NCBI GenBank assembly: GCA_049290195.1
Contig: JBATNE010000165.1
Coordinates: forward strand, 1,074-65,073
Reading direction: 5' to 3'
Length of the DNA stretch: 64,000 bases
From: Candidatus Zixiibacteriota bacterium
GTDB taxonomy: Bacteria > Zixibacteria > MSB-5A5 > GN15 > FEB-12
A program made the position numbers and the translations under genes. How positions within the stretch are numbered: position 1 is the stretch's first letter; every line of letters starts with the position of its first letter. The notes beneath the pieces are model-generated. The model was not told where the DNA came from and ran no database searches. It worked only from the letters and a program-made list of their open reading frames with translations. Positions 1-8,334 of the stretch are shown here, piece by piece.

Positions 1-1726
1 CGATATCAGCGAAGCGTTGATCCAGGTCGCGCAGCAACGCGGTATCACCCAGCTTGTGATAGGACATCCGGAAAAGAGATGGCTGAGTGACTTGTTCAGT
101 GGCGGATCACTTCTGGATCGTCTCGCACAGAAGGCTACGACGTTTGACATCCATGTCCTCAAACCGGCCCGGAGCGAACGCAAGGCCCCACGGGCTTCGC
201 TGCTTATGACTCCCGAAGCATCGCCGATCAGATACTGGTTCATGCTCTGGATTGTTCTGGCGGCCGCACTGGTGAGCGCGGTTTTGCTCCCCATTGTAGG
301 ATATCGCGCGGTCGGTTTTGTGTTTCTCCTGGGTGTGCTGGTCGTGGGACTCTTTGTCTCTATCGGTCCGACTCTCTTTGCCGCGGTGCTCGCCGCTCTT
401 ACGTGGGACTATTTCTTCATCCCGCCCCGCGGGAATTTTCACATTGGCGAACCGGAAGACGTGGCCATGTGTGTGGCCCTCCTGCTCAGCGCTTCCGTCA
501 CCGGCACCCTGATGAGCCGAATTAGACGCCGCGAACGGTTGCTTCGATCGCGCGAAGAACGTACGGCTGTGCTGTACCAGATTGCCAGCGCGCTGTCGGC
601 CGCTACCGATCGCCACGCCCTGGCCGCAGCCGTTTCAGGAAATCTGTCTACTCTGCTCAATGCCGATATCAGCGTTGCTCTGGCCGATGCCAACGGCCGT
701 CTCGAGCATATCGATACCGGTTTGGCTGATTACTGGATGATCGGCGAAAAGGAATGGATTGTGGCTTCCTGGGCGTTTGAACATCGCAAAGCCGCCGGAT
801 GGAGTACCGATACCCTGGCATCGGCCGCCGCTCGCTATGTCCCACTTAACGGCCCAACCGAGACAACCGGTGTCCTCGCGTTCAAACCCCGTGGAGCCCG
901 CACACTCTCGCAGGACGAAGAGAACCTGCTGATGGCGGTTGCGCGTCAGATGGCGGTCGCCGCCGAGCGAGAACTGCTGCAGGAAAGGTCGAGCCGGATA
1001 CAACAGCTTGCGGAGTCGGAACGGCTCTATCAGACTATTCTCAGTTCGGTCTCACATGAATTGCGTACTCCCCTCACCGCGATCATTGGAAATGCATCGG
1101 CGCTTTCCAACAGCCAGATCGCGGCTGATCCATCGAACAGGCAGCAGTTAGCCGATGACATTGTAGAGAACGCCGAGCGGCTCAACCGGGTGGTCTCCAA
1201 TTTGCTGGATATGTCCCGGCTGAATTCCGGCAAGCTTTCCCTCAAACGTGATTGGCACGATCTCCGCGATCTCATAACTGTGACCTTGAGTGCTCAGAAG
1301 TCGATGCTGGCAAAGCACCACCTATCGGTCAATCTCGCCGAATCCCTTCCCCTGGTTCGGATAGATTTTCAGCTGTTTCAGCAGGCGCTCACCAACCTGG
1401 TGCTCAACGCCGCCGGCTACACCCCTGAAGGGACCACGATTGAAGTCGGCGCGCGGATTTTCGAGCGGACATTCGTCGTGAATGTCTCGGACAATGGCCC
1501 CGGACTTCCAGAAGATTCCATTCCGCATCTGTTTGAAATGTTCTATCGTGTACCCGGCTCTCGGGCTGGTGGTGCCGGTATCGGGCTCGCTATCACGCAG
1601 GGAATTATCGAGGCGCATGGCGGAACGATCACGGCGCGGAACCTTCCGACCGGCGGTGCCTGTTTTACCATCTCGCTCCCTCTGGAGCGGCAGCCGGAGA
1701 TGCCGCAGAATCGAGGTGAACTATGA
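1..1726 (+). CDS. kdpD: KdpD-type sensor histidine kinase (N-terminus outside window)
   Basis: The reading frame is open to the window edge: codons 2-16 read DISEA in frame before the tracked TTG at 17. It has a Usp-like tail QLVIGHPEKRW, about 4 hydrophobic helices and a GAF-like middle. Kinase motifs are the H-box SHELRTPLTAIIGNA, the N-box NLVLNAAGYTP, and G-boxes DNGPGLP and GAGIGLAI. The stop overlaps the next gene by ATGA. Confidence 0.85.
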   Translation, partial: DISEALIQVAQQRGITQLVIGHPEKRWLSDLFSGGSLLDRLAQKATTFDIHVLKPARSERKAPRASLLMTPEASPIRYWFMLWIVLAAALVSAVLLPIVGYRAVGFVFLLGVLVVGLFVSIGPTLFAAVLAALTWDYFFIPPRGNFHIGEPEDVAMCVALLLSASVTGTLMSRIRRRERLLRSREERTAVLYQIASALSAATDRHALAAAVSGNLSTLLNADISVALADANGRLEHIDTGLADYWMIGEKEWIVASWAFEHRKAAGWSTDTLASAAARYVPLNGPTETTGVLAFKPRGARTLSQDEENLLMAVARQMAVAAERELLQERSSRIQQLAESERLYQTILSSVSHELRTPLTAIIGNASALSNSQIAADPSNRQQLADDIVENAERLNRVVSNLLDMSRLNSGKLSLKRDWHDLRDLITVTLSAQKSMLAKHHLSVNLAESLPLVRIDFQLFQQALTNLVLNAAGYTPEGTTIEVGARIFERTFVVNVSDNGPGLPEDSIPHLFEMFYRVPGSRAGGAGIGLAITQGIIEAHGGTITARNLPTGGACFTISLPLERQPEMPQNRGEL

Positions 1727-2415
1727 CGGGTGCGAAAATACTGGTCGTTGATGATGAAGTTGCGATCAGGCGATTTCTCAAAATTAGTCTTGAAGCTGAA
1801 GGTCATGCGTATCTCGAAGCCGACAGTGGCCAGGCAGGTCTGGTGGCTGCGGCCACCCAGCGACCGGCACTCATTATTCTCGACCTCGGACTGCCGGATA
1901 TGGATGGTTTGATGTTTCTCACGCGTCTGCGCGAGTGGTCCACCATACCAGTCGTTGTGCTCACGGTCAAAGACTCTGAGAGCGACAAAGTTGCTCTTCT
2001 CGATGCCGGTGCCGATGATTATCTGACAAAACCGTTCAGCGTCCCGGAACTGCTGGCCCGCATACGGGTCACGTTGAGACACAGCTCACTCGAAGAAGCC
2101 GAGCCGATATTCAGAAGCCACGATCTGGAAGTTGACCTTGCCGACCGCACGGTCAAAGTTGGCGGTACAGTAGTAAAACTGACCGCGACCGAATACGAGA
2201 TACTTCGAATTCTGGTGCGGCATGCCGGCAGAGTCGTGACCCAACGTCAGTTGCTCAAAGAAGTCTGGGGGCCACACGCGGTCGAAGAGTCGCAGTACCT
2301 TCGCGTGTTCATTGCGCAATTGCGAAAGAAGCTCGAACGGCATCCATCGCAACCCGAGTTGATACAAACCGAGGCGGGGGTCGGCTACCGGTTGCATGTG
2401 CACGATGTTGCATAG
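1723..2415 (+). CDS. kdpE: OmpR-family response regulator, KdpE-like
   Basis: Receiver motifs ILVVDDE, ILDLGLPDMDG and LTKPF. C-terminal winged helix LTATEYEILRIL...GVGYRL. It overlaps the kdpD-like gene by 4 nt. Confidence 0.88.
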   Translation: MTGAKILVVDDEVAIRRFLKISLEAEGHAYLEADSGQAGLVAAATQRPALIILDLGLPDMDGLMFLTRLREWSTIPVVVLTVKDSESDKVALLDAGADDYLTKPFSVPELLARIRVTLRHSSLEEAEPIFRSHDLEVDLADRTVKVGGTVVKLTATEYEILRILVRHAGRVVTQRQLLKEVWGPHAVEESQYLRVFIAQLRKKLERHPSQPELIQTEAGVGYRLHVHDVA

Positions 2416-2483
2416 CTGATAGAAATCACGAATTTCTTCTGATGGCGGTTCCGAGCGCCCGGTAGACTCCTGCATATTTGTTG

Positions 2484-2512
2484 ACCCTGCTTTTGAGCGG
2501 GGTTATTTTTTT
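2484..2512 (+). terminator. Putative intrinsic terminator after kdpE
   Basis: A 7-bp stem (acccugc / gcggggu, including one G-U pair) with loop uuuuga, followed by tattttttt. Confidence 0.55.
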
Positions 2513-2644
2513 GTCGGTGTCCTGTGGACGGTTGACTGAGCACAGTTGATTGCGGCAGGGCCGACTGAGAAATAGTGGGGCAGCCGCCAGACAGATGCAT
2601 TGGGGGAAGGTCGAGTTGACGCGGCGAATTGAAAGGAGAAGACA

Positions 2645-3043
2645 GTGAACAAGGTGGTGGTACGGTTTGCCGACGGGAGAATAGTGAAAGGGACGACGGC
2701 TGATTTTGTCCCGGCCAAGGATGTTTTTCATGTCAAGGTGACGACCGAAGCGGCCGGTGCCAAACCTGTTGAAGTTCACCTGAAGGATTTGAAAGCGGTC
2801 TTCTTTGTAAAGGACTTCACCGGCAACTCCCAGCATGTCGACTCGAATGACTTTGATCCCTCACGCCCCTCGGCCGAGCGCAAAATTAAGGTGGAATTCA
2901 AGGACGGCGAAGTCCTGGTGGGAACGACGGCAGGATACCAGCCGGGACGACCGGGGTTCTTCCTTGTACCTGCAGACCAGGCCTCAAACAGCGAGCGCTG
3001 CTACATAGTCACTGCCTCCACCAGGCAAGTCAGTTTTATTTGA
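2645..3043 (+). CDS. Hypothetical small protein with two homologous beta-rich halves
   Basis: GTG start 5 nt after AGGAG (2635-2639). Internal duplication: VVVRFADGRIVKGTTADFVPAKDVFHV versus IKVEFKDGEVLVGTTAGYQPGRPGFFLV. No signal peptide or TM helix. Confidence 0.6.
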   Translation: MNKVVVRFADGRIVKGTTADFVPAKDVFHVKVTTEAAGAKPVEVHLKDLKAVFFVKDFTGNSQHVDSNDFDPSRPSAERKIKVEFKDGEVLVGTTAGYQPGRPGFFLVPADQASNSERCYIVTASTRQVSFI

Positions 3044-3118
3044 ACGTCTGAAGTCCGCAACTCACAGACCGGTACTTTCGTTCCGCGTTGACGGTTGTTT
3101 AGACAGTATTGCCAAAGC

Positions 3119-3988
3119 ATGAATCTTGCCTTCCGCGAAAACTATTGGGATGCTCCTGAACTGAAGAGCGAATACATGAGGTTCCTCGTTCAGTTGTTCC
3201 GGGTGGACCTTTCAATTTGGGATGAAGCCGGATTCTGGGACCCGCACTATCGACCGTTCTCCTATTTTAGCGACAACTCGTTGGTTGCCAATGTCAGCGT
3301 CTATTCCATGGAGATCACTATCAGCGGACAACGGCGTAGTGTGGCGCAGATATCGGCGGTTGGCACGGTTCCGGAATATCGAAGAAGAGGGCTCGCTCTT
3401 GACTTGACTCGGACGGCGATGGAGTGGGCACGAAACAGGCACGACTTCTTCTTCCTGTTTGCCGATGAGGATGCTTTCAGTTTCTATAAGCAGTGTGGGT
3501 TTCGACCAGTTCAAGAACATAAGGCACGCATCTCTTTGTCGGGGAAAGTTGCCCGCCCCGGGGCGGTTCGGTTGGATATGCGTGAGAGAGATCATATCGA
3601 GCTGGTGTACCGCCTGGCGTCCAATAGGGCTCCCGTGTCCGACGTTTTAGGTGTCTTCAACAGCAAGTTGTTCATGTTCTGGTGTCTGACCTATCTCAAT
3701 GACTGTACGTACTACATTCCGGAACTGAACCTTCTCGTACTGCTGAAGCGCGAAGCGGGGTTGCTGACGATATATGACATCGTGGGGACTACCGTGCCGA
3801 CATTTGCAGAGATATATCCCTACATCGGTCAACCGAGCGACCGGGCTGTCGATTTTCTCTTCATGGTAGACAAGATGAACCTGGAGAAGTGCGAATTCAT
3901 TGCGGTCGAAGGAAACGACACGCACGTCCTCGGCGATTTTCCACTGGAAGGAAGTCGGTTCCTCTTCCCTTACACAGCTCACGCGTAG
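3119..3988 (+). CDS. GNAT family N-acetyltransferase (Eis-like size with extra C-terminal domain)
   Basis: Acetyl-CoA motif A QISAVGTVPEYRRRGLALDL. The ORF opens at TTG 3095, but ATG 3119 (MNLAFRENYW) is preferred. The start is uncertain. Confidence 0.72.
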   Translation: MNLAFRENYWDAPELKSEYMRFLVQLFRVDLSIWDEAGFWDPHYRPFSYFSDNSLVANVSVYSMEITISGQRRSVAQISAVGTVPEYRRRGLALDLTRTAMEWARNRHDFFFLFADEDAFSFYKQCGFRPVQEHKARISLSGKVARPGAVRLDMRERDHIELVYRLASNRAPVSDVLGVFNSKLFMFWCLTYLNDCTYYIPELNLLVLLKREAGLLTIYDIVGTTVPTFAEIYPYIGQPSDRAVDFLFMVDKMNLEKCEFIAVEGNDTHVLGDFPLEGSRFLFPYTAHA

Positions 3989-4035
3989 GGGTCACCGCCA
4001 CCCGCTGATGGGAGCATCAATCGAGTTGTCACCGG

Positions 4036-4533
4036 TCAGGTAAAAATAATCTGGCCACCGGCTGAAAGTTCGTAGAACTCTCCGACAGTAAGCACTCTCT
4101 CAACCTGCGGGCAAAAATCTTCTTTGGTGAGATGAAACATGTCCACGGTGGCTTTGCACGGATAGAGTTTACCGCCGGCATCGTGAATCATTTCGATGAA
4201 TTCGGGAATCTCCGGAATGTCGAGTTTGGCCATTTCCCGCTTCATCATCCATGTAGCGAACGAAGACATGCCGGGCACTGCCCCCAAGATTGTAGGAAGT
4301 GGAAATCCTTTGGCATCGGGCACACGCATAGCCGGATTTCCCACGGTGGCGATAGTGATCTTGCCCATATACTTCGTGAGGACGGCATAGAGCCCGAAGA
4401 AAGTGAAAAAGACATTGGCCTCGATACCTTCCGCGCGGGCGCCGTTCGCCATAATGAGCCCCGGGTAAATGCCTTCGAGCGATCCACGGGAAATGATGAT
4501 CGATACCTTTTTGATCCTATCGTGGTCTGCCAT
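4036..4533 (-). CDS. DsrE/DsrF-like sulfur-relay family protein
   Basis: DsrE-type N-terminus VSIIISRGSLEGIYPGLIMANGA and a conserved Cys context KLYPCKATVDMF. It lies 15 nt downstream of the TusE/DsrC-like gene on the same strand. Confidence 0.78.
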   Translation of the reverse strand: MADHDRIKKVSIIISRGSLEGIYPGLIMANGARAEGIEANVFFTFFGLYAVLTKYMGKITIATVGNPAMRVPDAKGFPLPTILGAVPGMSSFATWMMKREMAKLDIPEIPEFIEMIHDAGGKLYPCKATVDMFHLTKEDFCPQVERVLTVGEFYELSAGGQIIFT

Positions 4534-4548
4534 GGTTCTTTCCTCCGA

Positions 4549-4863
4549 CTACACGCAACTTGTGGGTTTCGGGTATCCGGCGATTTTCGCCGCTTTCTTG
4601 ATCGGTCCGTCCGGAAACAAGGCGTAGAGTTCCGTTGTCGGGATTCCTCCCACTTTGTTCATGCGGCGTGTACCGGGTACCGCACCTTTCTCCCTGAAAT
4701 CCTTATCGATGAAATCGAGAACTTTCCAATGAGCGTCGGTCAGCGTGATGCCGAGTTCCTGGGCCAACGCATTCGCGAGGTCGCGATTCCATTGCGCGTG
4801 ATTGGTCATGTATCCGTCCTGGTCGACGTCAATGGTCGCTCCGCCGATAGTCTTACTTGCCAT
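4549..4863 (-). CDS. TusE/DsrC/DsvC family sulfur-relay protein (single C-terminal Cys)
   Basis: C-terminal signature GYPKPTSCV with a penultimate Cys. Central segment LTDAHWKVLDFIDKDFREKG. The position 10 residues upstream of the terminal Cys is Lys, not Cys. Confidence 0.85.
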   Translation of the reverse strand: MASKTIGGATIDVDQDGYMTNHAQWNRDLANALAQELGITLTDAHWKVLDFIDKDFREKGAVPGTRRMNKVGGIPTTELYALFPDGPIKKAAKIAGYPKPTSCV

Positions 4864-4886
4864 ACTTCTTTCTCCGCGCTGGGGGT

Positions 4887-6152
4887 CTAATTTGCCGCCT
4901 CGGTTTGCGCCGTCTCAACCGGAATCCGTTTGCCGACGCGACTCATGCGATTGCTGACACCGGGCATCGGGCGCGCCTTCAACAATACATTCCAGTAAAT
5001 CCACTTGAACGCCAGTTTGCCCCAGTGATTGATGCGGCTTTCCTTTAAGAGTGAGAATGGACCGATAACCGGCAGCGGAAAGCTGCCTTCGACCGGTTCC
5101 ACGTCGTAGCTGAAGTCCAACAGGAAGGCTTTGCCAAAGCCCGACTCGATGAAACAGTTGGCATGACCATCGAAGGCCCTTTGAAGCGGCTCACTTTTCA
5201 TGAAGCGCAGGATGTTGTCAGTGAGCACCTCCGCCTCAAAATGCGCCACTGAACCGGCCTTCGAGGCCGGGACATCGGCTGCATCGCCGATCACAAAAAT
5301 GTTGGCATGGCTTCTTGATTGCAGGGTATTCGGGTCAGTGGGGACGAAATTCAGATCATCGCCGAGCCCGGAACGCTCGATCAGCGGGTCACCCATGTTG
5401 GTCGGTACTGTTACGAGGAGATCGTAGGGGACCCGCTTATCGTCCCAGGAGACGATTTCGTGATTGTCGTTGTCGACCCGGCCAATGTTAAACTCAGTGA
5501 CCACTTCGATTCGTTTCTCAGTCAGCATGTAACCGAGCACATTCGCACAGGCTGCTTTGGTGAAGGCACCTTCAAGCGGGGTCACGAAAACCAACTCGGT
5601 CTTGTCGCGCAGTCCACGCGTGGTCAGCCACCAGTCGGCCAGAAAGGTAAACTCCAGGGGCGCTACCGGGCACTTGATCGGCATTTCGCAAATGTGCACG
5701 ACCAGACGCCCCCCTTCCCAGTTCTTCAATGCGGCATTCAGGGCCGAAGCACCTTCAAAGGTGTAAAAGTCAAACACGCGCTTGCGCCAGTCGCTGCCTA
5801 ACATCCCTTCGGTTTGATCCGGCGAGATGTCGGCGCCCGTGGCGATAACTAAGACGTCGTAATTGAGTTCAGCCCCCGTTGCCAGAAGAACTGAGTTGTG
5901 GTCGGGATCGATTCGCTCGATCCGATCTTCTATGTATTCCACCCCGGCCGGGATAAATTTGCGTCTGGGTTTAGTTACTTGAGACGCCGAGTACAGACCG
6001 AACGGCATGAATAGGAACCCCGGCTGATAGTAGTGGGTGGCGTCCCGGTCAACGACTACGATTCTGTACTTGGCCGTATCAATTTTGCCGTACAGATGGT
6101 TCGCCATCATGGTGCCGCCGGTACCGGCACCAACGATCAGAATTGTCTTCAT
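4887..6152 (-). CDS. FAD-dependent pyridine nucleotide-disulfide oxidoreductase, sulfide:quinone oxidoreductase-like
   Basis: Rossmann motif ILIVGAGTGGT, second FAD motif FVIGDAADVPASKAGS, and Cys motifs PIKCPVAPLEF and HANCFIE as in the SQR family. It is the first gene of the three-gene minus-strand operon. Confidence 0.8.
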   Translation of the reverse strand: MKTILIVGAGTGGTMMANHLYGKIDTAKYRIVVVDRDATHYYQPGFLFMPFGLYSASQVTKPRRKFIPAGVEYIEDRIERIDPDHNSVLLATGAELNYDVLVIATGADISPDQTEGMLGSDWRKRVFDFYTFEGASALNAALKNWEGGRLVVHICEMPIKCPVAPLEFTFLADWWLTTRGLRDKTELVFVTPLEGAFTKAACANVLGYMLTEKRIEVVTEFNIGRVDNDNHEIVSWDDKRVPYDLLVTVPTNMGDPLIERSGLGDDLNFVPTDPNTLQSRSHANIFVIGDAADVPASKAGSVAHFEAEVLTDNILRFMKSEPLQRAFDGHANCFIESGFGKAFLLDFSYDVEPVEGSFPLPVIGPFSLLKESRINHWGKLAFKWIYWNVLLKARPMPGVSNRMSRVGKRIPVETAQTEAAN

Positions 6153-6414
6153 CGCTTTGTTATTCGTCTCACTCTACAGGTATTGAAGTCAGTGTTCTCC
6201 ATGTTGTCAAGCGTTCTTCATGGCTGCTACGCAGTCTATAGGGCATCAATACAAATCGGATAAAGGAGGTCTGCTTGGTTTTGCGAATTCTTTACTTAAT
6301 GGTGTTCTTCACATTAGCAAGCCACTTGTGTCCAACAATCGTTCGGGAATCGGGGCAGCCGACGATCAAACTTCCCTCTTGCCATCTTGGACTAATTGAG
6401 TATATTTTAGAAGA

Positions 6415-6699
6415 ATGAAACGTGTACTGTTCACCATGGGCTTTGCTCTGCTGGTTCTCTTCGCGGTTGCGTCCACCGCCACCATGTCGACCGGCTGCGA
6501 TGAATGCTGTTCCAGTGGCAACTGCAGTGATTGCCATGACTGTCAGTGCGCCTCCAGTACTGTTTCGACTCTACCGGTGACTTCCCTATCACTGATATTT
6601 ACAGAACCGAATGGCGCCAGCCATTCCGCTGTGCAATTGGCTCCGGACCAGCCCTGGTCATCGGAGCTGGAACGTCCTCCTCGTCTTTTGCTCCTCTAG
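6415..6699 (+). CDS. Small secreted Cys-rich protein (putative metal-binding), unknown family
   Basis: Signal-peptide-like N-terminus MKRVLFTMGFALLVLFAVAS. It is followed by CDECCSSGNCSDCHDCQC, with 7 Cys and 1 His in 18 residues. It sits directly upstream of the CzcB/CzcA-like genes on the same strand. Confidence 0.5.
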   Translation: MKRVLFTMGFALLVLFAVASTATMSTGCDECCSSGNCSDCHDCQCASSTVSTLPVTSLSLIFTEPNGASHSAVQLAPDQPWSSELERPPRLLLL

Positions 6700-6818
6700 T
6701 CTGTCGGCGAACAGTGTTCGCCCTATTCCATTCTTAACTATTGCGACAGCCTGCCCGACAGGGAACACAGGTGTATTCCTGTTTGCGTTGTGCTGTCATA
6801 CCTGGAGAAAAAGACGCG

Positions 6819-8327
6819 ATGAGCAAAATCGTACTCCTCGTTGGTGCCGGCCTGATAGCAGGGCTGGCCATTGGAATGTTCGGGATCAAACTGATTTCCG
6901 GCTCCGATCAAACCGGACTGGTGACTGGAACAAATCTCTCCCTCTCTTCCGCGCTTGAATCATCGGAATCAGGTCACGGAACGTCATTGACCACAGGTGT
7001 CCCTGACTGGTGTGTCGAACATCGGGTGCCTGAGTCCGCCTGCACGCTCTGCAATCCATCGCTGATTCCCTCGTTCAAGGCCAAAGGGGATTGGTGCGCG
7101 GAACACCAGTTTCCGGAATCGATCGATCGGAAATGCCACCCGGAACTGACGTTTGCGCAGGAGCCGGTGGTTGACCGCAGCGCACTGACGATTGCGCCCC
7201 CTTCGGTGTTCTTTCCGGCTAACTCGGATCACTGTGCCACGGATGAAGCGGTTGTCCAGTTTGCGTCGGCAGAAACCGCAGTTCGGTCCGGTCTGACGTT
7301 TGCGCCGGCGATCGCGGTAAATCAGTCCGCTTCGGCCGAAGCGCCGGCCGAGCTTCTGTTCGATGACACCAGATCTTGTGCACTGACTACTCGTATTCCC
7401 ACGACCGTGAGTCGATGGCTGGTTGAACCGGGGACGCGCGTGCGGGGCGGAGAGCCGCTGGCGGAACTGGATTCGCCGGAGATGCCCAAGCTTCAGGCGG
7501 ACTACCTTGACGCACTGGCGGAACTTGATATGCGCGAGAAGGAATCGGCCAGAGCCGACAGCCTTTCTTCGCGCGGGATGATCAGCAGGGCGGAGGCGGA
7601 GCAGATCGGTCGATTCAAGAAATCGGCACAGGCGAAACTCTCCGGAGCAATCGGCATGCTCACGGCGTGCGGTCTGAATGAAAACGATCTGAAAGTCCTA
7701 CAGTCACAAGAATCTGTTTCCGCAAGATGGTTACTTCGCGCGCCGAATAGCGGTGTACTCCTTGAGCGGAAGGCGCACCTCGGAGAACTCCTCTCCCCCG
7801 GAGCAACGATTGCCTTAACCGGTGATCCGACTAACCTCTGGGCGGAAGCACAAGTAAGGGAAACGGATCTCGACCAATTCAAGAAAGGCGAGCCGGTAGA
7901 ATTTTCGATCGACGGCGATGCTCTCAATCGAGCCTCGGGGAGAGTCATCTGGGTGGCGCAGTTTGTCGATCCGCTGACCCGATCGGCAACTGTCCGTGCG
8001 GAAATGCCCAATGCCAATCTCGCATTGAAGGCGCATCAATTCGGGCGCATTGCAGTGACGTCGAGCCAGAACCAGTCGACAGTCGCGGTACCGCGCGATG
8101 CAGTTCAGTGGGAAGGGTGCTGCAATGTCGTCTTTGTGCAGGAAGCCCCGGATCGATATCGCCCGCACAAGGTGACGGTTTCGCGGGGGGATCTCGGATA
8201 CTACAACATTGACTCCGGGATCAATCCGGGTGATGTGGTAGTGGTAAGGGGAAGCTATCTGCTCAAGACCGAACTCAAAAAAGGAAGTCTCGGGGCAGGC
8301 TGCTGCGCCGTGGCGCCGAAATCCTGA
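6819..8327 (+). CDS. Efflux RND periplasmic adaptor (CzcB/CusB-like) with Cys/His-rich N-terminal extension
   Basis: ATG 6819 follows GGAGA (6804-6808), although the ORF opens at 6741. It has an N-terminal TM anchor and twin motifs DWCVEHRVPESACTLCNP and DWCAEHQFPESIDRKCHP. HlyD-like core: AELDSPEMPKLQADYLDA ... GDVVVVRGSYLLKTEL. Confidence 0.8.
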   Translation: MSKIVLLVGAGLIAGLAIGMFGIKLISGSDQTGLVTGTNLSLSSALESSESGHGTSLTTGVPDWCVEHRVPESACTLCNPSLIPSFKAKGDWCAEHQFPESIDRKCHPELTFAQEPVVDRSALTIAPPSVFFPANSDHCATDEAVVQFASAETAVRSGLTFAPAIAVNQSASAEAPAELLFDDTRSCALTTRIPTTVSRWLVEPGTRVRGGEPLAELDSPEMPKLQADYLDALAELDMREKESARADSLSSRGMISRAEAEQIGRFKKSAQAKLSGAIGMLTACGLNENDLKVLQSQESVSARWLLRAPNSGVLLERKAHLGELLSPGATIALTGDPTNLWAEAQVRETDLDQFKKGEPVEFSIDGDALNRASGRVIWVAQFVDPLTRSATVRAEMPNANLALKAHQFGRIAVTSSQNQSTVAVPRDAVQWEGCCNVVFVQEAPDRYRPHKVTVSRGDLGYYNIDSGINPGDVVVVRGSYLLKTELKKGSLGAGCCAVAPKS

Positions 8328-8334
8328 AGGGATC

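Noticed and set aside
1-2415. kdpDE without kdpFABC: possible orphan regulatory pair
   Set aside because: kdpD runs off the 5' window edge, and the pump genes normally lie upstream of kdpD. Their absence is most likely a window-boundary effect.
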